A stretch of 64,000 nt of DNA, from contig CACIJW010000006.1 of assembly GCA_902587125.1 (NCBI GenBank), positions 4,529-68,528 of the forward strand, written 5' to 3'. Positions 1-9,795 of this stretch are shown here, piece by piece. The position numbers and the translations under genes were made by a program. The notes below the pieces were generated by a model. It saw nothing but the letters and a program-made list of their open reading frames with translations, did not search any database and was not told where the DNA came from. Every line of letters starts with the position of its first letter. Within the stretch, counting starts at the first letter, position 1. The DNA is from an uncultured Bacteroidota bacterium. Lineage in GTDB: Bacteria > Bacteroidota > Bacteroidia > Flavobacteriales > BACL11.

Positions 1-804
1 TCCAGTAAAGAAATGTAGGACAGGTATATTCTTTAGGTAAAATGATGTGTGATCTGATGGACCTACTCCTGACTCAGAAGTCACTAGCTTAAAATCAAAA
101 TTTTCATTGGATTTAGCTAGCAAATCTTTCCAAGATGAGCTAGTTCCAACACCATTAACAGCAAGTCCAACGCTATCAACATATCTTCCAATCATATCAA
201 AATTAATCATGTAAGAAACATTACTTAGGTTGATAGTTGGGTTTTTTGCATAAAACGAGGAACCATATAACCCGTATTCTTCTCCAGAGAAGGCAATGAA
301 CAAAAAGTTGTAATCCTTAATTAATTTCAGTTGATTAGCCAACTGTATCATTACACTAACTCCACTAGCATTATCGTCTGCTCCATTATGTACATCAGGA
401 TCTCCGAAGTATCTTGATCCATATTCTCCATAGCCAATATGATCGTAATGAGCTCCAATAATAACCGTATTTTCTGCCTGATTGTCTAAATATCCTACTA
501 CATTCAGTCCAGTAATCTCTCTGGCATCAGTATTTGTATGAGGATTAGCATTAATTTTTGCTGTAAATTCTTGAAAAAATCCCTTGGTACCTTTGGGTTT
601 TACTTGATAAAAATTTAATCTTTCGATAATGTAATCAGCAGCTTTTTTTTCAGATTCTGTACCAGTATTTCTGCCTTCCAGTTCATCTGATGAGAGGTAA
701 ATAACATCTTTTTTTAAATTTTCAATTAGTGGACTATCAAGTGATTGTGATGAACATATGTTAAAAGTTATAGAAAATAGGGCGATTAAAATTATTTTAT
801 TCAT
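1..804 (-). CDS. M28 family zinc metallopeptidase, secreted (3' end runs off window)
   Basis: Not in ORF track. Manual translation from ATG at 804 gives MNKIILIALFSITFNICSSQ (signal peptide), then LSSDELEGRNTG, IIGAHYDHIG, HNGADDNASG and FSGEEYGLYGS, which are M28 metal-ligand motifs. Confidence 0.9.
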   Translation of the reverse strand, partial: MNKIILIALFSITFNICSSQSLDSPLIENLKKDVIYLSSDELEGRNTGTESEKKAADYIIERLNFYQVKPKGTKGFFQEFTAKINANPHTNTDAREITGLNVVGYLDNQAENTVIIGAHYDHIGYGEYGSRYFGDPDVHNGADDNASGVSVMIQLANQLKLIKDYNFLFIAFSGEEYGLYGSSFYAKNPTINLSNVSYMINFDMIGRYVDSVGLAVNGVGTSSSWKDLLAKSNENFDFKLVTSESGVGPSDHTSFYLKNIPVLHFFTG

Positions 805-843
805 ATGTGTTGGTTTATTTTTGCAAAAAATTTTTACAAAATT

Positions 844-1926
844 ATGAAACATCTTGTCAACTTAGCAGTCATAATGACTTTATTATTTTCATGCAAAAAC
901 AATGAAACTAAAACAAAATTTTCCAACCCTCTGATATACGAAAACGAAGTTAACTTCAAAAATATGAGGCAACTTACTTTTGAAGGAGAAAACGCAGAAG
1001 CTTATTGGAGTTTTGATGACTCTAAATTAATTTTTCAAGCAACTAATGAAAATTGGGGCCAAAGCTGTGACCAAATTTATATTATTGATACAAATAATTA
1101 TACGCTTAAAACCGAAATACCACAAATGGTTAGTCTAGGTTTGGGAAGAACAACATGTTCATATTTTTTACCTGGTGATAGCACTATAGTGTATGCTTCA
1201 ACACACCTAGAGGATTCTAAATGCCCTCATGTCCCTGACAGAAGAGTTGATGGAAAATATGTTTGGCCGATATATGATTCATATGATATTTTTATTGCTG
1301 ATCTTGAGGGAAATATTTTAAGAAAACTAACCGATTCTGATGGTTATGATGCTGAGGCTACAGTTTCTCCTATGGGAGATAAAATAGTTTTCACATCAAT
1401 AAGATCCGGAGATTTAGAGTTATACACTTGCGATTTGAACGGAGATAATGTAAAACAAATTACTAGCCAACTTGGATACGATGGAGGCGCATTTTTTTCA
1501 CATGACGGAAATAAGCTAGTTTTTAGATCATCAAGACCAAAAACAGAAAGCGAGGTGAAAGAGTATAAAGATTTACTCAGTCAAGGTCTTGTTCAGCCTA
1601 CAAACATGGAAATATACACTTGCAATATCGATGGAAGTGATTTGAAGCAAGTTACTGATCTTGGTAAAGCAAATTGGTCTCCTTTTTTTCACCCATCAAA
1701 TGAAAAAATTATTTTTTGCTCTAACCACAATAGTCAAAGAGGATTTCCCTTTAATTTATTTATTATTGACATTGATGGTAATAATTTAAAGCAAATTACT
1801 TATGATGACACATTTGACTCTTTTCCTGTTTTCTCTAATGACGGTAAAAAAATTGTTTTTTCATCCAATAGAAATAACGGTGGTACTAGAAGCACTAATG
1901 TTTTTATTGCTGACTGGGTTGAATAA
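844..1926 (+). CDS. TolB-like/PD40 beta-propeller lipoprotein
   Basis: Start moved to 844 for lipobox MKHLVNLAVIMTLLFSC. Repeated PD40-type motifs (SPMGDKIVFTS, FSHDGNKLVFRS, FSNDGKKIVFSS). TATTTTTG promoter motif lies just upstream. Confidence 0.85.
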   Translation: MKHLVNLAVIMTLLFSCKNNETKTKFSNPLIYENEVNFKNMRQLTFEGENAEAYWSFDDSKLIFQATNENWGQSCDQIYIIDTNNYTLKTEIPQMVSLGLGRTTCSYFLPGDSTIVYASTHLEDSKCPHVPDRRVDGKYVWPIYDSYDIFIADLEGNILRKLTDSDGYDAEATVSPMGDKIVFTSIRSGDLELYTCDLNGDNVKQITSQLGYDGGAFFSHDGNKLVFRSSRPKTESEVKEYKDLLSQGLVQPTNMEIYTCNIDGSDLKQVTDLGKANWSPFFHPSNEKIIFCSNHNSQRGFPFNLFIIDIDGNNLKQITYDDTFDSFPVFSNDGKKIVFSSNRNNGGTRSTNVFIADWVE

Positions 1927-1928
1927 AA

Positions 1929-4574
1929 CTATTTTTTAATAATTATTTTATTCAAATATGTTTCTTGAGAGAGAACGTTAAGTAAATATGTTCCATATTC
2001 AAGATTTGAGATATCAACTTTAAGAATATTGTTTTGGCTTTCTTTTCTTATTACAACTTGTCCAAGGCTATTAGCTATTTCTGCCAGTTCAATAATACTA
2101 TTTTCAGTAACAATATTGATTATGTTTTCAGCAGGATTAGGGTAGATTTTAATTTGCTCAGAAATATTTAAGTTATACGAGGGAACAAAGTCAACGTTAA
2201 CAAACACTGTATCAGAATAACAACCATTTGCATCAACCACGACAAGCCAATAGGTTCCGTTACTCATAGGACTAATTATTGGTAATGTTTCACCGTTACT
2301 CCAAATATAATTATATGGAATGTTTCCTCCAAATGGGGTTGCAATTAAAGATGTCCCAGATTGACTAACAGAAAGAGAAGGAGAGGTACTTAAATTTAAA
2401 TTTAAATAAATTGTACTATCGCATCCTAAAATATTGGTAAATGTTTCCGAGTATGTGCCACTGTTAGTATATGTATCTCCATACCACTCATACTCATCAC
2501 ATGTGTCAACACTCACAGTTGTGGAATAGGAATTATTGATTTGTAAAGTTAGATATGCTGTTGTGTCACATCCAGACGAGGTGATATCATTCCAAACATA
2601 TGTTCCGGAAGAGTTGTATAATATCCCATTCCAAAAATAACTGTCGCAATTAGTTACATTTGAGTATGATGTGTCAGGATATTGAATATCAAGAATTATA
2701 TTAACTAAACTATCATAGCCACAATTATTTGTATAAATAAAATTATAAGTACCTGAACTTGTGTAAGTATATCCGTCATATGTAAAGTTAAAACATGAGC
2801 TGGTGTCTACATTTGTAGTTGTAATGTAACAGCAAGAGCTGTCATCAAAGCAAGCCAATGAGTCATAGTTAGCTGCAATTAAATCAGTACATCCTGCAAC
2901 ATAGCAACAACTTCCATCATCCAGTCCAGCAGAAGGATTAAAGTTAAGGGCAGTGGAATCTGTACAACCTGACATTAAACCAAAACACGCATCCTCAATC
3001 TCTATATCATAATAAAAATAATAGTAGCCTGTTGGTGAGGAATTAGCGCTAGAGCTGGTTATAGTCATAGCTGAACCAATTACGTAAGGGTAATCAGGGC
3101 CAGCATTATTTCTATATAATCCTGAATTACTTGCTGAAATGCCTAGCTCAAAGTCTGTTCCAATGGGAACATCAAAATCAAAATAAAGTCTTTGCTGTCC
3201 AGATACTACATTTATTGTTGTGTCATCAATTACAGCTGAATTATTGTCTCTAAGCTCAAAGGTTATCGTGTTTGAGTTTTGCGCATAAACAACTGCTGAC
3301 TTAATCTTAAATGGTTTTGTTGCATCAAAAATGAGATGTTGATTACCATTAAAGTAACCTCCTGTTCCTATTGTGTTGTCAACTGCACCTCCAAACGCAA
3401 TTGAAGTGTTTGCATTTGGATCGTAGTTACTTGCACTTGGATCTGTACACCCCAAAATTGCAGGGACACAAGAACCATCATCAATACATGCCGTGGAATC
3501 AAAATTAAAAGCTGATATATCTGTGCATCCTGCTACATAACAACAAGAGCCATCATTAAAAATGGCTAGACTATCATAATTTAGAGCTGTTGAATCAGTA
3601 CATCCATAATCAGTATTACAACCATTGCTAGTTAACAATCCTTGACGTGATGTGTTGATTGCAGCAATCATCCTTGCTTTTTGATCAAGTGTAAAAATAT
3701 TCATGCATGCATCGTTAGTATAATCCATATAGTTCTGAAACATATCTCCATAGGCACCATTTCCAGAGCAAGAGGATGTATGAGGATATGATGGACATCC
3801 ATAATTAGAACCATCATGCTCAGGTGTATCATTGCAAAAGTCATTACCGCAATTTGAATCACCCCAAATGTGGCGCAAGTTAAGCCAATGACCAACTTCA
3901 TGAGTAGCTGTCCTTCCTAAATCGTAGGGAGATGAAGCTGTTCCTATATTACCAAAGTACTGGTAATCAACCACAATTCCATCCTCGTTTGGATTTCCGC
4001 CTGGAAATTGTGCATATCCTAGAATTCCTCCAGAAATATCACATACCCAAATATTCATGTATTCACTAGTATTCCAAGCATCATGCCCACCAGAGGCAGT
4101 ATATTTTACATCATCATTAGTGCTAAATGATGTTTGAGATGTTTGAGTTCTTGTAATGCCAGTAGTTGTATTTCCGTTTGGATCTTTTTGTGCTAAACAA
4201 AATTCAATTTCGCAATCAGCAGCAACAGGTAAGAATCCCGTTGGTGTGTTTGTAGTATCAGCATTTAGTCTTCTGAAGTCTTCGTTTAAGATATCAATTT
4301 GAGAAAAAATCTGATTGTCAGAAATATTTTCTGTGTTATTGTAATAAACTACATGAACAACAACGGGTATAGTTATAACAGAAGTGTTTTCCGTGCTAGT
4401 GTTATTTAAAATCCATTGTTGAATTTGTATCTCCTGATTTTGCATTTTTTGAAAAAGATAAGGATCTTCATCAAGCATTTGCTGATGGTACTGCATAGTA
4501 CCACAATTTCTTTGTGAGAATAACGAAAAAGAGGTTAGTAGAAAGAAAAATATTAGTGTAGGCCTCAAAAACAT
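1929..4574 (-). CDS. M43 (pappalysin/ulilysin-like) metalloprotease with Cys-rich repeats and T9SS type A CTD
   Basis: Signal peptide; RNCGTM cysteine-switch-like propeptide; HEVGHWLNLRH zinc motif; NYMDY Met-turn; C-terminal IKIYPNP...GTYLLNV...KIIIKK. Confidence 0.92.
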   Translation of the reverse strand: MFLRPTLIFFFLLTSFSLFSQRNCGTMQYHQQMLDEDPYLFQKMQNQEIQIQQWILNNTSTENTSVITIPVVVHVVYYNNTENISDNQIFSQIDILNEDFRRLNADTTNTPTGFLPVAADCEIEFCLAQKDPNGNTTTGITRTQTSQTSFSTNDDVKYTASGGHDAWNTSEYMNIWVCDISGGILGYAQFPGGNPNEDGIVVDYQYFGNIGTASSPYDLGRTATHEVGHWLNLRHIWGDSNCGNDFCNDTPEHDGSNYGCPSYPHTSSCSGNGAYGDMFQNYMDYTNDACMNIFTLDQKARMIAAINTSRQGLLTSNGCNTDYGCTDSTALNYDSLAIFNDGSCCYVAGCTDISAFNFDSTACIDDGSCVPAILGCTDPSASNYDPNANTSIAFGGAVDNTIGTGGYFNGNQHLIFDATKPFKIKSAVVYAQNSNTITFELRDNNSAVIDDTTINVVSGQQRLYFDFDVPIGTDFELGISASNSGLYRNNAGPDYPYVIGSAMTITSSSANSSPTGYYYFYYDIEIEDACFGLMSGCTDSTALNFNPSAGLDDGSCCYVAGCTDLIAANYDSLACFDDSSCCYITTTNVDTSSCFNFTYDGYTYTSSGTYNFIYTNNCGYDSLVNIILDIQYPDTSYSNVTNCDSYFWNGILYNSSGTYVWNDITSSGCDTTAYLTLQINNSYSTTVSVDTCDEYEWYGDTYTNSGTYSETFTNILGCDSTIYLNLNLSTSPSLSVSQSGTSLIATPFGGNIPYNYIWSNGETLPIISPMSNGTYWLVVVDANGCYSDTVFVNVDFVPSYNLNISEQIKIYPNPAENIINIVTENSIIELAEIANSLGQVVIRKESQNNILKVDISNLEYGTYLLNVLSQETYLNKIIIKK
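2826..3605 (-). repeat. Five protein-level GCTDxxAxN(Y/F)...DDGSC repeats inside the M43 protease
   Basis: GCTDSTALNYDSLAIFNDGSC, GCTDISAFNFDSTACIDDGSC, GCTDPSASNYDPNA (interrupted), GCTDSTALNFNPSAGLDDGSC, GCTDLIAANYDSLACFDDSSC. Confidence 0.9.
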
Positions 4575-4608
4575 ATTTGTAAAATTAAGACTTAGTTTTA
4601 AAGAAAAA

Positions 4609-5577
4609 TTATTTCAAGGGAATTATTTGTGTGTTTCTTGAAATCAATGCCCCTAATCCGTTTTGAACATTAGAGTATACAGAAACTACCTCGCCGCCAA
4701 AAATATCAACTTCTCCGCTTTCCAAATGACTTTCTAAAGATGTATAGTACGAATAAGTATCTTCACTAAAAGTTGAAAATTCTATATTTACTGTATCACA
4801 ATAACTAAATTTATATTCATATGTTTCAACATCAAGAATTATATTTTTTTCTTGTCCATCAAAAAGAGCATCTGAAAATATTACCTCATCGCCAATAAAA
4901 CTGTAAGGCTCATCAAGTTCAAAAAAATTAGTTTGTGGAAAAGAAGGATCGTTGGATGAAAAGTCTACATCTCCGTCCCAATAATAATCATCAATATAGC
5001 CATACTCATCTTCAAATGATTTAGAGCATTGAGCAAAGACTCTAATTCTGTAGTAATTTCTTACAGTACCGTCATCATTAAAGCTAAAATTCAGTCTAGT
5101 TCTATCTCCTCCATCAAATGTAGTGTCAATATCAATATTAAAAATATTTATATCATCTGGTATTTTTGTCTCAGCTACTGCAGTCTCGTTAAAAGCTGGA
5201 TGATTAACCTCAATTCGATAAGTAAAATTTTTAGTAGGAGTATGATTAATTTTATAAACATACATTGGATAAGTAATTTGAAGACCATCTCCATATACAT
5301 TTACTTGGTATGCAGTGTCAGTATCTGGAAAAATTTGTCCAACTAGAGAGTTATTTTCAAATAAGAAAGCTTCAGCGTTAGGTAAAAAAGCAGGATTTGT
5401 ATTAGAAAATGCACCAACAGAATTAGATATTATAACACTAATTGTTGTATCTGTATCGAGGACACCATTTAACACAATCATAGGTGGGTCCTGTGGTATT
5501 TCTAAATCAATTACAGTCTCCATGTCACAGGAAGCAATTAGCGATAAGATAAAAGTTATTTTGATAAAATTATTCAT
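4609..5577 (-). CDS. DUF4249-like outer-membrane lipoprotein
   Basis: Lipobox LIASC; PPMIVLNGVL at N-term and YSNVQNGLG at C-term; lies 2 bp downstream of a TonB-dependent receptor, the usual arrangement for this family. Confidence 0.75.
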   Translation of the reverse strand: MNNFIKITFILSLIASCDMETVIDLEIPQDPPMIVLNGVLDTDTTISVIISNSVGAFSNTNPAFLPNAEAFLFENNSLVGQIFPDTDTAYQVNVYGDGLQITYPMYVYKINHTPTKNFTYRIEVNHPAFNETAVAETKIPDDINIFNIDIDTTFDGGDRTRLNFSFNDDGTVRNYYRIRVFAQCSKSFEDEYGYIDDYYWDGDVDFSSNDPSFPQTNFFELDEPYSFIGDEVIFSDALFDGQEKNIILDVETYEYKFSYCDTVNIEFSTFSEDTYSYYTSLESHLESGEVDIFGGEVVSVYSNVQNGLGALISRNTQIIPLK

Positions 5578-5579
5578 TG

Positions 5580-7982
5580 TTAAAATTGTATTCTGTATGA
5601 AACTGAAGGTATGATTGGAAATAGAGAAACTTGCTTTGCAACTCTTCTAGTGTTTTGGTAAGCAAGATAGGCAAAAAATGGATTTTTTCTATTATACAAG
5701 TTATAAGCTCCAAATGACCAAGTTCCTTTATAATTTTTTTTCTGACTGTGTCTGTTTACACCAAAGTCAAGTCTATGATAGGAAGGAAGTCTGACGCTAT
5801 TTCTATCTCCATAAGACTCAATATTCCATACATAAAAATTATCATTTCTTCCGCTTTGCAGAGTACTAAAATATGTAGATCTTGGAAATGTAATTGCATT
5901 TCCAGTACCATACACCCAAGTTAAACCAAGATCCCACTTATCGTTAAAATTATGATTCAAAACTATTGACAAATCGTTTCTTCTATCGTATTTATACGGA
6001 TACCAGTTTCCCTGATTAATATTATCAAATTTCCTATTGCTCCAACTGAGTGTGTATCCAATCCATCCTGTTGTTTTTCCTTTTTGTTTTTGGATAAAAA
6101 GTTCAAGTCCGTACGACTCTCCCTCTCCTCCAGTTTCAATAGAATTTTCCCAAGATTCTGTACTCTGTAAGTTTGAGTAGCCCGCCTCATATGTTATTAA
6201 ATTATTCATTGTTTTGTAATATCCTTCTAAGCTGACTTCAATTTCACCATTTAATAATTCAGTATTAATACTTGCTGCTATCTGCTCAGAGTTTTGGGAT
6301 GGTGCTGCATCTACTGCAGGTAGCCATAAATCAGATGGAAATCCAACTGAAGAGTTAGAAAGCAAATGAATATTTTGACGCATTTTTGCATAAGATGCTT
6401 TTGCTGACCAAGTGTCTGAAAGCAAATATCTAACTGATAATCTTGGCTCAAAGCTAATATCAGTGTCACTAAACTGATTTAAAGCTGACCTCAGATTCAA
6501 TGAGTTATATATACCAAAATGTACACCTATGTTTGCTTTTAACCTGTTCGTGAATTTAATATTATCCTCAAAATAAAAAAATGTTTCATTTGCTTTTACT
6601 TGTGGGGAAAAGAATAGAGTTGTGTCAACAGAAATATTAACATTAGAAGTATCAGCTGGTGGATAAGAAACATTAATACTTAAATCATTTTGACCAGGTG
6701 TGAAGTTATGATTTGTGAATGAGACTCCAAATTTAATATCATGGTTAGGATTGGGAGTGTAGTCAAAATCAATTCTTCCTCCAATGTCCTCAATACCACT
6801 TTTATAGCCAAAATCAATATCATAATTTTCATTACCTAGAGTAGTGCCTAAAGTTGATTCTACACCAAATCCAGTATTAAATTGATATTTACTGTATATT
6901 AACGTTGTATTAGAAAAAAGTTTATCACCAAATAAATGATTCCATCTGATTGTGGAGGTTATATTGCCATAACCTAGACCTGCAATTAATCTTGTATCCT
7001 CATTAAAACCTGAGCCATCTGAAAAATTTTCAGTAAAATCAACTGCAAAAATATCATCCCCTGCATATGCACTAATAAATAATCTGTCTTTTCTTGAAAA
7101 TCTATGATTGACTTTAGCATTAAGATCATAAAAATGTAATGTCAAGTCAGTATTGTTAGGCATAAATGGCCGCACAAACAAATCAATATATGTTCTTCTA
7201 CCAGCAACAATAAAAGAGGTTTTATCTTTGACAATTGGCCCCTCTATCATAAGTTTTGAGGAAATTAAACCAACTGTGGCATCTGATTTAAACTCTTTCA
7301 TATTACCATCTTTCATATCAATTTCTAGTACTGAAGATAATCTCCCGCCATATCTGGCTGGAAATCCTCCCTTAGTTAATCTCACATTTTTTATTGCATC
7401 AGCATTAAAAACAGAAAAAAGCCCACCAATATGTGATACATTATATACTGGTACACCATCCATTAAAATTAAATTCTGGTCTGGACTTCCTCCTCTAACA
7501 TAAAAGCCTGACGTTCCCTCACTGGATTGAACACCAGGTAGTAATTGAACAGCCTTTAAAACATCAACTTCTCCCATCAATGCTGGTATCGATTTAATCT
7601 GCTGAATTGGTATTTCTATTACTGATGTTTCAGTTCTTTGAACAACATTAGCTTTTCCCGTTACAGTTACCTCGTCAGTGACAATATTTGATAATTTAAA
7701 TTCAGCATTAAATTCAATATCTTTATTTAAATTAAATTCTTTTGTAATTGTTTCGTAACCAATGAACTTAAAAGAAATAACATGAATCCCTTCATCAAGA
7801 GTAATGCTGTAAAATCCATATTTATTTGATGAAACTCCTGCGCTGTAATCGTTTGAAAAAATATTTGCTCCAATGACACTTTCACCACTTTCAAAGTCAC
7901 TTGCATATCCGCTTATGGTGTATTTCTGAGCTAATGTGGAAATATGAAAAAGAAATAAAAAAATAACTAAAAAAGCTCTCAT
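5580..7982 (-). CDS. TonB-dependent receptor with N-terminal carboxypeptidase-regulatory-like domain
   Basis: Plug motifs LLPGV...YVRGGSPDQNLILMDG and KGGFPARYGGRLSSVL; YHRLD near the C-term; terminal Phe. Confidence 0.92.
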   Translation of the reverse strand: MRAFLVIFLFLFHISTLAQKYTISGYASDFESGESVIGANIFSNDYSAGVSSNKYGFYSITLDEGIHVISFKFIGYETITKEFNLNKDIEFNAEFKLSNIVTDEVTVTGKANVVQRTETSVIEIPIQQIKSIPALMGEVDVLKAVQLLPGVQSSEGTSGFYVRGGSPDQNLILMDGVPVYNVSHIGGLFSVFNADAIKNVRLTKGGFPARYGGRLSSVLEIDMKDGNMKEFKSDATVGLISSKLMIEGPIVKDKTSFIVAGRRTYIDLFVRPFMPNNTDLTLHFYDLNAKVNHRFSRKDRLFISAYAGDDIFAVDFTENFSDGSGFNEDTRLIAGLGYGNITSTIRWNHLFGDKLFSNTTLIYSKYQFNTGFGVESTLGTTLGNENYDIDFGYKSGIEDIGGRIDFDYTPNPNHDIKFGVSFTNHNFTPGQNDLSINVSYPPADTSNVNISVDTTLFFSPQVKANETFFYFEDNIKFTNRLKANIGVHFGIYNSLNLRSALNQFSDTDISFEPRLSVRYLLSDTWSAKASYAKMRQNIHLLSNSSVGFPSDLWLPAVDAAPSQNSEQIAASINTELLNGEIEVSLEGYYKTMNNLITYEAGYSNLQSTESWENSIETGGEGESYGLELFIQKQKGKTTGWIGYTLSWSNRKFDNINQGNWYPYKYDRRNDLSIVLNHNFNDKWDLGLTWVYGTGNAITFPRSTYFSTLQSGRNDNFYVWNIESYGDRNSVRLPSYHRLDFGVNRHSQKKNYKGTWSFGAYNLYNRKNPFFAYLAYQNTRRVAKQVSLFPIIPSVSYRIQF

Positions 7983-7991
7983 AAGTTAATT

Positions 7992-8031
7992 CAAAACTAC
8001 GAAAAGGAACCACCAAAAGGTTATATATTTG
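7992..8031. promoter_or_regulatory. Divergent Bacteroidota -7 promoter elements (TAnnTTTG)
   Basis: TAGTTTTG on minus strand (7992-7999) before the TBDR; TATATTTG on plus strand (8024-8031) before folE2. Confidence 0.6.
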
Positions 8032-8051
8032 CAAAAAATATTAATTGAAAT

Positions 8052-9086
8052 ATGAAAAAATTCAGTGAGGGTAGTATTAAAAGTAAATATGAATGGGTTG
8101 GTGATGTTAAGTCTTACAAGGAACCTAATAATAATAAGCACTCGCTAAAATATAATGAACCTGATAGAGAATTTGACTCAAAGTATAAGCCAACCAAAGA
8201 GGAAATTGAAACTTTTCCAGATTTACAAAACGGACCTTCTTCTTTGATACAAGGGTCTGCTGTTGAAATACAGCAGGTTGGAATTCATAATTTCAGAATT
8301 CCGTTAAAGTTCAAAACTAGAGACAACGGGATCATTGAGCTTGAGACCAAAGTAACAGGTACGGTATCTCTCGAGGCACATAAAAAGGGAATTAATATGT
8401 CTAGGATTATGAGATCCTTTTATGAGCATAAAAAAGAAACTTTTAGCATCAATAAACTTGAAAATATTTTAGCAAAGTACAAAGAGAAATTAAAGTCTTT
8501 TGACTCAAAAATAGCCCTGAAAATTTCATATCCAATCATACAGAAATCGCTAAGGTCAGATTTAGAGGGATATCAATATTACAATGTAACCTTTGAAGGT
8601 GACCTCAACAAAGAAGGTGAATTAAAAAAAATAATGCATTTTGATTTTGTTTATTCATCCGCATGCCCCTGCTCTTACGAACTAGCAGAGCATGCTCGAA
8701 AATATAGAAACAAAGTAACTGTTTCTCATTCACAAAGATCAGTTGCTAGACTATCCATTGAATTTGAAGATATGATATGGATAGAAGATTTGAAAGAAAT
8801 TTGTGAAAAGGCTTTAAAAACAGAAACTCAAGTGATTGTCAAAAGAGAAGATGAAATGGCGTTTGCAGAACTTAATGGATCTTATCTTAAATTTGTTGAG
8901 GATGCTGCTAGGCTATTATATAAGGAGTTGGTCCATGACAAGCGTATCAAAGATTTTCGTATTGTTTGTTCACATCAAGAGTCGCTTCACTCGCACGATG
9001 CAGTTTCCGTCATACTAGCCCCAAATAGTAAGTTTAGTAAAGATATTTCTCATGAACTTTGGTCAAGCTTAATTCATACCTCATAA
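8052..9086 (+). CDS. folE2: GTP cyclohydrolase I type IB (FolE2)
   Basis: [38 protein letters not shown] and ESLHSHDA motifs. Confidence 0.93.
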   Translation: MKKFSEGSIKSKYEWVGDVKSYKEPNNNKHSLKYNEPDREFDSKYKPTKEEIETFPDLQNGPSSLIQGSAVEIQQVGIHNFRIPLKFKTRDNGIIELETKVTGTVSLEAHKKGINMSRIMRSFYEHKKETFSINKLENILAKYKEKLKSFDSKIALKISYPIIQKSLRSDLEGYQYYNVTFEGDLNKEGELKKIMHFDFVYSSACPCSYELAEHARKYRNKVTVSHSQRSVARLSIEFEDMIWIEDLKEICEKALKTETQVIVKREDEMAFAELNGSYLKFVEDAARLLYKELVHDKRIKDFRIVCSHQESLHSHDAVSVILAPNSKFSKDISHELWSSLIHTS

Positions 9087-9098
9087 AAAAATTAAAAA

Positions 9099-9794
9099 AT
9101 GAAAAAAATTATTATTTTAACACTTTTGCCTTTAATCTCATATTCACAAATAGATAAAATTTTACCAATATTCTCTAGTCCTCAATTAGAAAAAATTGTC
9201 TACAATCAAACTCAGGACATTAATTATGTAAAAAATATAAAAAACAACACAACAGTTGATAGCTATGAAACAAAAGATAAACACTTAATTAAAGTTGGTG
9301 ATACTATCACAATAGGAACTGCTTTCAATAAAAAAGGTAGGAACATTTTAGGAGATTTATTTTCAACCATTGCAACTGGAAATATAAAAGGTACTACCAA
9401 AGAGCCAGATTATTTACCCCACAGTTACAATGGACAAAAAGTAATTGTTGAATCAATTTATGTCCTGCATGAAAAATATAATGGTTATAACCCTCTATAC
9501 AATAGAAAAGAAATGCCTCTTTACGTATTAGTTTATGCCAAAAGACCCAAAGTTCAAAATGTTAATATTAAAAATATATCTACTGCCTTATCTCACAAAA
9601 GAATAACTGTCATAGATATTGAAAAAGCTTTTGACTTAGGTGAAGTAATCAATCCCGTAAAAAAGATAAATAGAGAAGAAGCAATTAAAAAACTCAAAGA
9701 AGCTAAAGATTTGTATGAATTAGACTTAATGAGTAAATCTGAATATAAAAAATTAAGATTAGAGCTCACTCCAATAATAACTAACAAGAACTAA
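9099..9794 (+). CDS. Secreted hypothetical protein with C-terminal SHOCT-like helix pair
   Basis: Signal peptide; C-term REEAIKKLKEAKDLYELDLMSKSEYKKLRLEL. Confidence 0.6.
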   Translation: MKKIIILTLLPLISYSQIDKILPIFSSPQLEKIVYNQTQDINYVKNIKNNTTVDSYETKDKHLIKVGDTITIGTAFNKKGRNILGDLFSTIATGNIKGTTKEPDYLPHSYNGQKVIVESIYVLHEKYNGYNPLYNRKEMPLYVLVYAKRPKVQNVNIKNISTALSHKRITVIDIEKAFDLGEVINPVKKINREEAIKKLKEAKDLYELDLMSKSEYKKLRLELTPIITNKN

Positions 9795-9795
9795 C

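Noticed and set aside
2400-3610. Repetitive DNA that might be a CRISPR array or tandem repeat
   Set aside because: The repeats are degenerate at DNA level and in frame within the protease; there are no identical repeat-spacer units and no cas genes.
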